A stretch of 64,000 bases of DNA from a virus, in the IMG/VR virus record IMGVR_UViG_3300035696_001556, positions 64,001 through 128,000 of that record. The stretch is one strand, 5' to 3'. The position numbers were made by a program, and so were the translations under genes. The notes beneath the pieces are model-generated. The model was not told where the DNA came from. It did not search any database and worked only from the letters and a program-made list of their open reading frames with translations. The first letter of the stretch is position 1. Each line of letters begins with the position of its first letter. This document shows positions 38,301 through 48,480 of this stretch, piece by piece.

Positions 38301-41300
38301 TACTATTTTCATAGACGCAGATCAAATAACTTTGGCGGAGATTGTCGATAACCAGGTGTTCTCGTATCCTCCTTTTGTGTACAGCTCTTTTGCCAGCATA
38401 TATGATTTAGCCCAGGCGATACAGAATACCGTGAATCAAACCTATCAAACGAATCCTTTCACGCTCACATCGTCAGACGGAGTGGTGCAGTACTATCTTG
38501 GTACTGGCTTCTGGGATGCAGACTTAGTAATACCGTTTGATCAGGACAGTCCTGTGGTGATACCTACGGAAGGATACACCATAACAATAAATCAGGAAGT
38601 TTTCAGATACATAGTAATTAGAACATATAAGGATGCCACGAACTTTCTTGTGGAGAGAAAAGATCTTACTGTGACGACCCCTCCATATTTCTCTGCAGGG
38701 CAGCTGTTGGCTTTTAAAAGTAAATCTTCAGGTAATACTAGCTTCTATCAAATCTCTGGAGCTACAAGTGTGTTTGAACAGCCTCCTTCCGGAATTACCG
38801 GTGTAGTAGATACTCAGGTATCTTTCAAGGATTCTTTCAGAGAGAACATGATAGATCCTTACATATATAAATATGATGGTGTCAACTGGATGCCATTATC
38901 ATTAGTTTATATAATAGATTATGTAAACTCTAATATAACTTTCAATGGGACTTCTGATTTCTTTAAAGTCGGAGCGCTACTAAACTTTAACGGCGGTTTT
39001 ATTTATAGGATAAACAGTGTATCTACTGTTGGTGCCACAGTCACATTAAATTTGACTCCAGCTATAAGCTCCAGTTTGAATAATATCCTGTCAGTAAGCA
39101 TATCTGACATGCCTATTTATTTGAACGAAATAACCAGTCAGCCATATTTTGTAATAGATTACACGCTCCCACCTGATCGCTCTGGAGAAGCCAGAGTAAC
39201 AATAAACGATAGCTATCTTACTATTACGGAGAGTCTCGATGGTTATCCAAACATGACAGCCATGGTTCCGCTGCCTTATAACAAGGCATCTAATCTGGAT
39301 AACCTATCACAATTTGGAGATTATTTGGCGCGTTTATCAGGTGTTGATATCAGAGGATCTATATTTGTTGATACGTCAGCATACGATTCAATATTCATAG
39401 CGGGAGGTAAGGCACTTAAGTTGGTTCCAACCCAACAGGGACCAGTATCGTTGTCTGCATCCATAGCTGTGTCTTATCCAATATTCCAGATTAATTACGT
39501 AGCTCCTACAGGCAATGTTGATGGAGATATTTATATCCCCAACGATGGATCAGCTGTTATTCAACTTAGTGAATGGAAAAAGACAGACAAATCAGGCACA
39601 TTAGTGACTTATAATGTCCCTTATGACGGGATACCGATAGTTAATATCATATCGATGATACGTTCAGTACCTTCCATAATTCCAGGATATAATCCTTGGT
39701 CTGTTTCAAACGAAAACTACGATAGCTATTATGCCACGAATAAGCCTTATTATTACAACATCATACCATTTGCAAGTCAGTCGCATGTAGCTTCAACCTC
39801 TATGCCCTATTCCGTCCAGGCTACTCAGAATCCAGTGTCCTGGTACAGCGTGCCGATACTGAATAGAAATGTCCTGACAGAGGGAACGGATTACAGCATA
39901 GATGGTACACAGGTTGTTTTGAAAAATCCTATACAAGTAGGAGAGAGATATGAAGTAAGCTACCTTGGTGTGAATGATCTGGCAGAATATGATGGGGAAA
40001 CCATCAGATGCTCGTGCAGATACTTTTCTACTGTTCCTGCTGGTTATCAAATAAGTGTTTATATGGACTATCTAAATCCCGATCAGTACTATATACAGAA
40101 ACTTACTGAAAGAACTTTCCTTGAAATAGTTACAGTACCACAGATACAAGATATCCTTCAGCAAGCTGGTAATAGCGCGGGCATGGGAAACAGCAGCGGC
40201 AGTGACGATACAACCCAGAATTACCAGGGTGGGCTTGTAGATCTCTACTATCAACTAAAAGACGAACAGATCAAACAACAAATATATCTTAAGGTTTTTC
40301 AATGGTATAAACAAAGACTTAGAAATTTTGCTGCAGAAGCTCAGGTTACTATGGGTATTGAATATGGTCACAGTAATCACATAGGTGTAAATGAAAACGG
40401 TGTGTTTAACATGCAGGACCAGTACGTTGAGGGAAATAACTATACACTAACTAAAGCATCTGATTTTGACCAGCTTAAAAACGGCTTTTCTAAATTTTTC
40501 CCAATCAATTATACGGATTCAGCGCCTCAGAAATATCCTCGTTTTACAAATAACTATGAGTCCTATAACGAGGTTTTTTGTTATAATGTGGAATACCATG
40601 ACAAGAATGATAGCTTCATAAGTAAAGAGGGCAGAGTTCTTTCTGCTAATCCTTACTGGGCGGATATTCCTCAGGCCTATGGTCCCGATACTGGTGGTGT
40701 CACCGGTTCAAGCTTAGATTTTGACATCTTACCATATACGCAGACTACTTCCGTTATTGCTGGCGGGACTATGTACTATGTTCCGTACAACGAGGATGAA
40801 AAACTTTTCAAGGTAACCGATGATAATTATAAGTTCTTAAGGAGGATATCCGTTGGGGACTCGGTACAACTATATGGCTTCCAGAATACATACAACATAG
40901 GAGCAATAGAAAACCAAAGCAGTGTGCCGAACGGAGCTGTGGCTATTAATTATGTGGTTCCGATACCAGGTTCTACCGGTGTTTATACAATTCCTATGAC
41001 TTACGATGGACCAGCTCCTACGAAAACTACTCCTAATCCTTCACCAGGCACTCAACAGATATACGGTACATATGCAAATACAACAGGGGATGCGGGAGTC
41101 ACTTCTACATACGCGGCTGTAGGGGAGGACTATCCATTAGGAACTCCGGTGGTAAAAAACACAGTTTCTGGAGCCATAATAGGACTTAGTTATAAAGTGG
41201 CCAAAACTTTGGTTCCTTTTGACAGGCTAATTCTAAGTAACGCATATTTCACAGAATCGGGTGTGCCGACATTCGTAGTTAAACCTGATTCCAATGGAGT

Positions 41301-44300
41301 TTATACATACTACTATTATACAAAAGATTTCCCTTGGGAGAATCCACAGCAACATAGCTGGAGCTTAAGCGATCTGGAGATACAGCTTCCTAAGGACGGG
41401 CAAAATCTAATAGTGACAAGGAACCAGAATAGTGATTATCCAGTTATTTTTCCTGCCTGGGATGATGAATACAATCTTGGAACAAAAGTAGTTGGATCCA
41501 AGATAGTTGATCAGAAAACTGGAACTGATACTATAAGAAAATCATTCTCTTTCGAAGATCTATTTAGTCTTGATGACGATGACAAGCTATTCACGGTGTA
41601 TGAAGGAACTTATAACGATATAACGGGCTTGTGGGAAGTTAGAAATACCATAACCGTCAATATGAAATATTTGAACTTCTTCGATGAAAGAAGTGTATCA
41701 AGAGTTGTTGATTCTATTAAATACAATGTAACAGGCTCTAAATATCTGATCCCGGTACCACCTTTCTTTGTCGAGATATCCAAAATATTTGAAAAGAAGG
41801 ATAATTTAGGGACAGATAGATTGTTCTATGTTTCCTTTGAGGATTATTACGATGCCAGCCTTTCTGGAGGATACGGACAAAGTATAGTTATGAGAACTAG
41901 AGATAGGAACAGCTGGGTCCAGTATGAAGTTACTTCAACCAGTACGCCTCCTGTAGCTCCGGAGTATGGTTTCTCATCCCCAGACATCTATACTAACTTC
42001 TATTATCCAAATAATTTGTTCTTAAAGCTTTTGGTAGAAAAACAAGTGTGGTTGACGGAACTCAATATCATCAAAGATCTTTTTGATACAAATAATAAAT
42101 TGAAAAGAGCTTTTGAGGTAAATGTTCAAAATGCTGTAACGACTACTCCTGGACCATCAGAATTTCAGGCATATTTGTCTCAGGTTTCTGAAAGTTCCGG
42201 TATCAATAATATCGAGGCTGCGATCAGCTCCTATAGCGAACATCTGAAATTCTTGTTGGATAGGTCTGATACTGTTCATCCATATCTCGTTGACAATACA
42301 TCTGGTCCACTGTATAGGACTATGATGGAAAGCCAGCCCATAACTATACCCATACAGAATTCGTACAACCAAGCTGAAGCTGCAAATATAGCCTATACTG
42401 CGTTCCAGGGGGAGTCAAATTATTATTTCAGTTTAAACGACTACTATTATCAGAAGTGGCAAAATGAGTATGAAAAATGGGCGTTAAGTCTTGAAGCTGG
42501 AAGTGTTTTTCAGAAAGATGCAAGAGACAACTATCAGAGCAACTATGATATAAATATAGGCTTCAACACATTCCCAGCTATTAAAATGTCCGTAATAGAT
42601 CAAGGATCTAAGGCAGCATTTACTATATCCGATGCTAAGTATTTGGTATATTATAACATACTCGAAACGGCAGATACCAGCGCAGATGAATACGATGATG
42701 CTACTCTGTTGATAACATATTTGGTGTCTGGAGATACCAACTATACTTTCATTTCTTTTGCTCTTCAAAACTACCCTACTTTACAGGCTCTGGTTGAGGA
42801 TATAAATGCACGCTGCAATGTAAACTCACAAGGTGTCAATTTAGGTGTGCAATTCATATCAGCATCTTGCGTTTTCAATTACTATCCGTATAGAAACTAT
42901 TCTCCACTGTATATACTTAGAACTTATAGAAATGTTGCAAATAATGATTCTAATGGCACTGATTTTTCATCTGGAGATGGATGGACTGTGCTCTCTACTG
43001 ATCCTTCGATTGATGATCGTATATATGTCTCCAATGTTTTGGATCATAGAGAATATGATGCAAGAGTTTTCTTTTTGAATAGGATAGGTTTCAAGTCTGA
43101 TTTTCTTTCTATTGATGGGACTAACTACAATGTCTTTCCTTACTATCTACCTGGGGACGCTAATTCTGGAAAAGATCTTTTGGGAGACAGCAAAGCAGGT
43201 CCTATATCTGTTTCAGGTAGATGGGCTACTGATGCCTATGGCTTAACTGGAGCACAGAGCGTAGATTATACGACTGAATTAAATGTAATGACAATCTCAC
43301 CAGCACTACCTACTGATACTTTCATAAGATATGAATTCCTTGATTATCTTAATGGTCCTGAACAGCTTCCTATACAGCAAACTCCTAGAAATCCTACTTA
43401 TGAAAAAAGTCAGGCAGATCTAACAAATATAGGGTATGACGAGACGACACAAAGTTTAGTAGAAGCTTATCCTTTGATTACAGGACCTTATACTAATTTC
43501 TCGCCCACGGGTCCAGATAATTCGAATTACGACACACTGATGCAGTGGACATCCTATGCCCAAGGATATACAGGAAGTCAGGCTCCTCAAACAGAAGTAA
43601 TAAGAGATCTTCAGATAGAGCTTATGTCTCAAGACCTAACTACGCCAAATAAGTTTAATAAGATATTCTTTACTTTCAGCTTGAGGCAATATTCCACTAT
43701 CAACGAGTTGGTGCATGCTTTAAATACAAACAGGTATACAACAGTTTTGAATCCTGATGGTATAACATATACCGCGCAATTAGCTACAGGAGCTTCAGGA
43801 AGCGTATATTTCTCAGCTGCTTTAGTTGGGTCACCAGACATACAGGGGAATATGAAGACCGTTGACTTAGTTACTAATTATGTTAGGCAGGAGATATATG
43901 TCTCTAATTATACGTCCTACACTTTAAACTATACATATACAGATATAAACGGTGCAATTGGAGTTCCTACTGTAATTCCTAACTCTGTATCAGTAAATAA
44001 GAGTTTCCCAATTGGATGGCAGCTCAGAGAACAAGATTCTTTGAGCACCAATACACAGCTTAACTTCAGGATAGATCCTAAAACATATAGTCCAAGCTAT
44101 TCTTATCGTTTTGTGCCAGACAAGCCTGATTTGGCACGTACGAATACATTCCTGTCTCAGAAGGAAGATATCTTAGCTTTTGATTTGTACAGCTGGGATA
44201 CTAATGCATATTATATGATTAAGAATAATGTACTCTATCTGAAAAGTGATACTGTAGCTCAAGTACAGATACCTCTTTATAAAACTCAAAGCTTGGATAC

Positions 44301-45981
44301 AACAATAGACCACCCAGAAGAGACTAACAAATTAATAGATGTTATCAGGTCTATTAATGATAATGGCTTGTGCAACAAAAAGTTTTTTGCTAATTTGAGA
44401 TTTGGAAGACTTTATAATTCTGATTTTGAATACACTTATTTCCCGGATACAGCTATATGGGCAGGCGGCGATGGCTGGGTACAGCTCTATCCTCCTGCGG
44501 GATTGGATTATTTATATCTCGACAAAGACAGTGTACTTTCGATTTACTCTGAAGGTCCAAATTTTAATTACGAAGTAGATACTCCAGGTATTACCGGTTC
44601 ATACGATACCAATACAGTTTATAACTCAGACAACTTAACATTAAGTGCAAACACTAGAGCTTTTAGCTTGAACTATAATCCAAGTTATGACGTTACTTCG
44701 GCTAGTTATAGTGTAAACCAAACAAGAATAGAACTTATAAGTAATTACGATGTCGGAGTAACAGGACATACCTTTGTGCTTGATGTAAACTTCTCGACGG
44801 CAACAACGCTTAATGCAGTAATAGCTTCTATAAATGGAAGTGGATTTTTTACTGCTAACCTGTCCTGGATCGATGGAAATGCGACATCGTCTACTTTACT
44901 ATCAGTAGGATTGACAAACATCCCATCTAGTGGTGCTTATGTCAGAATGCTAGGGCAGGTTAGCTATACATTGAGTAGTAGTATTACGATATCAGATCTA
45001 GCTAGCGAAATAAATAATGATAGTCTAGGTACTGGTTTCTCGGTGGATACTACGACAGCTAACTATGCGGGATATCTAGGTATGAGATCAGATCTGCTTA
45101 TACCTACCAGTGGACTTGTACCGCTAATGGCTAATAGTATATGGGCAGATTTTAGAAATATTCAAGCAGTGTCTGTTTTAAACATGAGTCATACAACCCA
45201 GACAAACGGTACAGCAATCGGACCAGCAGGAGAGGCTTGTACAGTGACTTTGTCTGGAAATCAAATAACATTTACTAAATCTACTCTGTCTTTGACGAAA
45301 ACAAGTTCTGATTATATAGGGGATTATTACGAATACGATAATCTAAGCGATAGGAATATACAAGACTTTTTCAATGCAGCAATGAGCATAGATGGTTACT
45401 ATCTCAATAACAGTTCAGCCAATGCTGGCTTTGCATACAAAAATGGATCACTTAACATGGACATAGCTTTGCTTCCTATGCCAGGAATAAGCTACGGTAA
45501 ACTGAGGTTAAGAGACAAAAATGAAGCAGATCCAATTAAAGCCTCAAGCGTAGGTACCATATCTCTAAATGTTAACGATCCTGAGATTTTAAATACACAC
45601 GTATATTTAGGATTTTTAGGAGATATCAATTTTTATCAGATATCCGATTATGATTTGTGGAAGCAGTATGTTCTTGTAAAAAGAAGGTTGGGTATGTCTT
45701 GGGACCAAAGCTCCCCAGATTATTATGTGCCAGATAATTTGTATAGCTTCGGGAGTTATGAGTACACTTTGAATCTGGTTAAAAACGGTAAATTCTTATA
45801 CTATCTCAAGTATACTAGATTCAATGAACTGGCAACTAGCTTGAGCGAAGAAGACTTATATAATAACAAATACCTCTGGATATTTTTAAAAGCACACAGG
45901 GAGATAGGATGCGACTCAAAAGTGATAGCTCTTCAAAAAAAGATCAAGAGCGACAACCAGAAAGCCCTTCTGCTTCAGTAA
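35392..45981 (+). CDS. Giant (3529 aa) virion structural protein, baseplate-associated
   Basis: One uninterrupted ORF, Thr/Ser/Tyr/Asn-rich, with repeated L.EG.DY.I.Y..G.I and T(I/L)..L...IN modules, located among baseplate genes. Confidence 0.85.
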   Translation: MSFEFFELQSIDLENTVVRNPRVGARNRPTSRTIDIGTTGPGATGVYTGERDVNVEYLLQGAVNGDVIKASSAIFDNPAVTPASLRARVITNVTGLNGLQPAETINYGDIIRADGDMAFYSITGMGSITGQESFGTVIFLSQDNTTATGVNSLQVRKIKLDSTHFEYIINPTGQNNFYYDEKNRDWGYSGTQGFTGCVIAASTVQSYFQGDPLTFQFYPSYCSTAPDVTSVDTTAIDPKQPYGLKVLDNKLAIDTPSIHLSPVPYPDDDENFRVYWGPQNNLELKTKDIDYTVNYTIDPDYTSAKPPYKDRNVAYVKFLNQLNDTTQVDSIGLGFQGVFNLHQDPSTSATKQPTAITNIYPNAKGLSIAGSNTEYIGEIVRVGEEVKQKNFDYNIEYDNGIINFIKHNSLELDVPNVLYNQKLIWDGISVIKGVGLTGLVSPDRSDCVLPYAVSGLTGIDGPVFFEDIDANDLIEGTDYIIEYTSGAIKLTKPLKGNECVLVSYFVEGEAVVNEPLNLSVLRTEKYPIIESSVTIKKTYSNISTLTNGINILVEGVDFSVSYLTGKITLLNPAIGENISSLQISYTPFAQVQCILQPVPSDDTNYRITILDDVMTTVDPFNLKFEIDNPTVSIPVVDPFGVSPTTYSSSIIPGSVFSVKAIGEPGYGFDNLTPDQMIAIGMTGLEIMGLATLLGKTDAEFYALGITGVISLGVTGIQYYDTTNYTYTDSTKYLQLDGTENASKPKPDINDIITASYTYVADVLPYTPVQIIYPVLDQDTNTILIEGFDKTDIIYSGMTFRIDNSDPQNTYYFIVSSVTYDGLNTLVTLTGSFSEEIRNPSFYLFDDIVEWYPLPTGSRVDSTATLGSDTVTIKGNALESLNLLRPKTLMMVDNTNIYEVMTTTVVDSETLNVKIFPNLMNEYPGNIQISEPIYQVGDTTVNSEYPIITDPPHPAFTIRYIAPVNAIYGFATIFIDADQITLAEIVDNQVFSYPPFVYSSFASIYDLAQAIQNTVNQTYQTNPFTLTSSDGVVQYYLGTGFWDADLVIPFDQDSPVVIPTEGYTITINQEVFRYIVIRTYKDATNFLVERKDLTVTTPPYFSAGQLLAFKSKSSGNTSFYQISGATSVFEQPPSGITGVVDTQVSFKDSFRENMIDPYIYKYDGVNWMPLSLVYIIDYVNSNITFNGTSDFFKVGALLNFNGGFIYRINSVSTVGATVTLNLTPAISSSLNNILSVSISDMPIYLNEITSQPYFVIDYTLPPDRSGEARVTINDSYLTITESLDGYPNMTAMVPLPYNKASNLDNLSQFGDYLARLSGVDIRGSIFVDTSAYDSIFIAGGKALKLVPTQQGPVSLSASIAVSYPIFQINYVAPTGNVDGDIYIPNDGSAVIQLSEWKKTDKSGTLVTYNVPYDGIPIVNIISMIRSVPSIIPGYNPWSVSNENYDSYYATNKPYYYNIIPFASQSHVASTSMPYSVQATQNPVSWYSVPILNRNVLTEGTDYSIDGTQVVLKNPIQVGERYEVSYLGVNDLAEYDGETIRCSCRYFSTVPAGYQISVYMDYLNPDQYYIQKLTERTFLEIVTVPQIQDILQQAGNSAGMGNSSGSDDTTQNYQGGLVDLYYQLKDEQIKQQIYLKVFQWYKQRLRNFAAEAQVTMGIEYGHSNHIGVNENGVFNMQDQYVEGNNYTLTKASDFDQLKNGFSKFFPINYTDSAPQKYPRFTNNYESYNEVFCYNVEYHDKNDSFISKEGRVLSANPYWADIPQAYGPDTGGVTGSSLDFDILPYTQTTSVIAGGTMYYVPYNEDEKLFKVTDDNYKFLRRISVGDSVQLYGFQNTYNIGAIENQSSVPNGAVAINYVVPIPGSTGVYTIPMTYDGPAPTKTTPNPSPGTQQIYGTYANTTGDAGVTSTYAAVGEDYPLGTPVVKNTVSGAIIGLSYKVAKTLVPFDRLILSNAYFTESGVPTFVVKPDSNGVYTYYYYTKDFPWENPQQHSWSLSDLEIQLPKDGQNLIVTRNQNSDYPVIFPAWDDEYNLGTKVVGSKIVDQKTGTDTIRKSFSFEDLFSLDDDDKLFTVYEGTYNDITGLWEVRNTITVNMKYLNFFDERSVSRVVDSIKYNVTGSKYLIPVPPFFVEISKIFEKKDNLGTDRLFYVSFEDYYDASLSGGYGQSIVMRTRDRNSWVQYEVTSTSTPPVAPEYGFSSPDIYTNFYYPNNLFLKLLVEKQVWLTELNIIKDLFDTNNKLKRAFEVNVQNAVTTTPGPSEFQAYLSQVSESSGINNIEAAISSYSEHLKFLLDRSDTVHPYLVDNTSGPLYRTMMESQPITIPIQNSYNQAEAANIAYTAFQGESNYYFSLNDYYYQKWQNEYEKWALSLEAGSVFQKDARDNYQSNYDINIGFNTFPAIKMSVIDQGSKAAFTISDAKYLVYYNILETADTSADEYDDATLLITYLVSGDTNYTFISFALQNYPTLQALVEDINARCNVNSQGVNLGVQFISASCVFNYYPYRNYSPLYILRTYRNVANNDSNGTDFSSGDGWTVLSTDPSIDDRIYVSNVLDHREYDARVFFLNRIGFKSDFLSIDGTNYNVFPYYLPGDANSGKDLLGDSKAGPISVSGRWATDAYGLTGAQSVDYTTELNVMTISPALPTDTFIRYEFLDYLNGPEQLPIQQTPRNPTYEKSQADLTNIGYDETTQSLVEAYPLITGPYTNFSPTGPDNSNYDTLMQWTSYAQGYTGSQAPQTEVIRDLQIELMSQDLTTPNKFNKIFFTFSLRQYSTINELVHALNTNRYTTVLNPDGITYTAQLATGASGSVYFSAALVGSPDIQGNMKTVDLVTNYVRQEIYVSNYTSYTLNYTYTDINGAIGVPTVIPNSVSVNKSFPIGWQLREQDSLSTNTQLNFRIDPKTYSPSYSYRFVPDKPDLARTNTFLSQKEDILAFDLYSWDTNAYYMIKNNVLYLKSDTVAQVQIPLYKTQSLDTTIDHPEETNKLIDVIRSINDNGLCNKKFFANLRFGRLYNSDFEYTYFPDTAIWAGGDGWVQLYPPAGLDYLYLDKDSVLSIYSEGPNFNYEVDTPGITGSYDTNTVYNSDNLTLSANTRAFSLNYNPSYDVTSASYSVNQTRIELISNYDVGVTGHTFVLDVNFSTATTLNAVIASINGSGFFTANLSWIDGNATSSTLLSVGLTNIPSSGAYVRMLGQVSYTLSSSITISDLASEINNDSLGTGFSVDTTTANYAGYLGMRSDLLIPTSGLVPLMANSIWADFRNIQAVSVLNMSHTTQTNGTAIGPAGEACTVTLSGNQITFTKSTLSLTKTSSDYIGDYYEYDNLSDRNIQDFFNAAMSIDGYYLNNSSANAGFAYKNGSLNMDIALLPMPGISYGKLRLRDKNEADPIKASSVGTISLNVNDPEILNTHVYLGFLGDINFYQISDYDLWKQYVLVKRRLGMSWDQSSPDYYVPDNLYSFGSYEYTLNLVKNGKFLYYLKYTRFNELATSLSEEDLYNNKYLWIFLKAHREIGCDSKVIALQKKIKSDNQKALLLQ

Positions 45982-46148
45982 AGCAGGGAGATTCCTGGGA
46001 ACTTATTGATATGTCTCAACAGAAAGACCAAGCAGGAAGGTTAATGCAGAACCTTTTTGGTGAAGCATTGGCAAAACTACAGTATATGATAATGAAAGAT
46101 AAAAAGAAATTTGACAAATTAGTTAAGGAAAAAAGACATGTCAATTAG
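45909..46148 (+). CDS. Small hypothetical protein
   Basis: RBS AGGGAG before ATG 45909. It bridges the gap to 46138 and overlaps the giant gene by 73 nt; an alternative start is ATG 46011. Confidence 0.55.
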   Translation: MRLKSDSSSKKDQERQPESPSASVKQGDSWELIDMSQQKDQAGRLMQNLFGEALAKLQYMIMKDKKKFDKLVKEKRHVN

Positions 46149-47970
46149 ACCTTCAATAATTTTTTCCACCATCAAGCCAAGCTTGAGCGGCGGCTATCAA
46201 AATATAGGACTAGTAGATCCTGTTGTGCCTCCGTCTAATGTTTCTAATCTAGGTTTACCTATAACACCGGCCCCTAGCCAAGGACCTGGAGGAGAGACTT
46301 GGAAGGAATTTTCTATAAATCTATCGTTGGGGGATGTTATATCTCCAGCTGATTTAAACAATTTCAACCAATTGCTGAAGAACATAAACTCTGTAGCTCA
46401 GGGTTTGGTAGCAATAATTAAAATAATCAGACTGTTAACTTCTGATCTTCTTTCTTTAAACAGAGCTTTTAAGTTTGTAATACAGCTGATAGTGACCCAG
46501 TTGAAATCTTTAATTCAGACTTTCTTGTCAACAGGTATATATGTGTCCGTGATACAACCAAGGCAAAGCCCACACGAGAAAGGATACTTCTTTCCTACAT
46601 GGGCGGATTTCAATGAATTTAAAACGGTTCTTGTTTCTGCTTGTACGAATCCTGGTAATATAGGATCTCCTGCACAACTGGGGCCTAATGCAACTGTAGG
46701 GGGTTTTATTATAGGAGCAACTGCAGGATCTAATGATCTTGGGGTGATAGATCAGGTAATTGAAAATTTCAAAATTATAGGCAATCTTTTTGGATTCAAA
46801 ACACCGTTTCCTGGTCCTCCAAAAAATGCTAAAGCTGTAGGAGGCCTTTTCGATACTAAACTAGGGATACAGCTGACTTGGGACAAGCCAGATTCTTTTA
46901 TTTTTGGTGGTTTTAGGGTGTATAGATGTATGAATAAAGAGGGAACGTTCCCTTCAAGTTCGGATATGGATTTGATTATAGCTAATACGCCTACAGCCAG
47001 TAATCCTAATCAATTAAGGGATTTTCAGACTATAAAAATGTTTGACAATGATGCAAGCGGCGGCACTCCATTTAACTCAGGGAAACCCTTATTTGTTCCG
47101 GTCTCATTGACGTCGGAAAGTTATTCGATAATAGATTATGATGTGGTGCAGGGAACAACCTATTACTATAGAATATTTACTGTAATAGAGAATTCTGGTC
47201 TTGCGAACGATCCTTACATGTTTCGTTTGGGTAGTCCTATGTCTTCAAACGAGGCATCTGCCACTGCTGCGGGATGTATACCTGTTTCTGAGATACCAAC
47301 TGGGATCCTTACGACAGGAGGATCGTGGGTTAATGAAAAGGATTTAATGCTTGAATGGACATATGTGAACCTTAATAGATTTTTTGGTTCGCAGGTCGAT
47401 CAACTTCTTAAAGTGATAGATAACTTTGCAGACAAGCTCATCGGATTTGTTAGTACCGGATCGGATGCTATCGACGAATTTTTGGATTTTTTCAGTGGGA
47501 AAATAAATGATTACATCAATATAGTCCAGACCATAACAAATGTCGTGAACATATTAATGAATTTCAGGATGCAGGGGTCATTATTATTCCTTGATTTGAC
47601 CAATACGCAACCGGGGGGTATCACAAACTTTGCAGATAGGATTGCACATGCTGGAGTTCAGTCCAGCACTTTCGGAACTATCCCGCCAAGTGCAAGTACA
47701 GTTTTAGCTAATAGCGGTATAACGAACACTAATGCAGGGCCTTTAACCAAACAAATGAGTGACAGTATAGGTCAGTCTCTGGATGCTTTAAAAGGGATTT
47801 ATGTTGGTGTCATGGTAGTCTTCGGAACTGTTGATCCAACAGACAAACAAACTCTAAATACTATAACAGCTCCGTATTTGGAAGAATATAATGATGTTCA
47901 GCAGCAACTTTCTGGAACCCAAGACTCCATAAATATGCTTGTAAAGATACTGTTAGGGAAGGGGACTTAA
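46138..47970 (+). CDS. Baseplate-region protein: helical segments flanking an FN3-like domain
   Basis: PGPPKN...IQLTWDKP...FRVYR...IDYDVVQGTTYYYRIF...SNEASAT. Confidence 0.72.
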   Translation: MSIRPSIIFSTIKPSLSGGYQNIGLVDPVVPPSNVSNLGLPITPAPSQGPGGETWKEFSINLSLGDVISPADLNNFNQLLKNINSVAQGLVAIIKIIRLLTSDLLSLNRAFKFVIQLIVTQLKSLIQTFLSTGIYVSVIQPRQSPHEKGYFFPTWADFNEFKTVLVSACTNPGNIGSPAQLGPNATVGGFIIGATAGSNDLGVIDQVIENFKIIGNLFGFKTPFPGPPKNAKAVGGLFDTKLGIQLTWDKPDSFIFGGFRVYRCMNKEGTFPSSSDMDLIIANTPTASNPNQLRDFQTIKMFDNDASGGTPFNSGKPLFVPVSLTSESYSIIDYDVVQGTTYYYRIFTVIENSGLANDPYMFRLGSPMSSNEASATAAGCIPVSEIPTGILTTGGSWVNEKDLMLEWTYVNLNRFFGSQVDQLLKVIDNFADKLIGFVSTGSDAIDEFLDFFSGKINDYINIVQTITNVVNILMNFRMQGSLLFLDLTNTQPGGITNFADRIAHAGVQSSTFGTIPPSASTVLANSGITNTNAGPLTKQMSDSIGQSLDALKGIYVGVMVVFGTVDPTDKQTLNTITAPYLEEYNDVQQQLSGTQDSINMLVKILLGKGT

Positions 47971-47971
47971 A

Positions 47972-48478
47972 ATGGGTGTTTTACGTGGAAACATATCTCA
48001 GTACTATAATAAGGATAATCCTTCTGAAATACAGGATTTATACTCCATTATAAAAAATACTGAGGATTACAGATCTAAAAAAGTCACAGACTTGAAAAAT
48101 GAGCACTCTCTTATAATGAGAAGAATAACCAGACTTACGCAACAGAAAGAAGCATACATAAGAATGTCAGGTGTGCTGTCTAGTGCTGACGTTCCGGATA
48201 ACATATCTGCCGTTTTCTATAATGATGATTTTGATACAGGAGATTCTGAGCTCAGCCAAAGCGAAGATATCAATAAAGTAATCTTATTGAGAAGGCCTGC
48301 GGATCCGGTTCTTACATATACCAGGGACACTATGCGTAAAAATATCCCTGAGATAGAGATAAAAATACGGGACTATGATTATCAGTTGATGAGATTGTCT
48401 TTATTGGAAGAGAAGATAACATACTGGATATCCAATATCCTTAAAAGTGAAACGACAGCTCAACAGGCGGCAATCTAA
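47972..48478 (+). CDS. Hypothetical coiled-coil protein
   Basis: 168 aa, tightly packed in the operon. Confidence 0.7.
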   Translation: MGVLRGNISQYYNKDNPSEIQDLYSIIKNTEDYRSKKVTDLKNEHSLIMRRITRLTQQKEAYIRMSGVLSSADVPDNISAVFYNDDFDTGDSELSQSEDINKVILLRRPADPVLTYTRDTMRKNIPEIEIKIRDYDYQLMRLSLLEEKITYWISNILKSETTAQQAAI

Positions 48479-48480
48479 AC

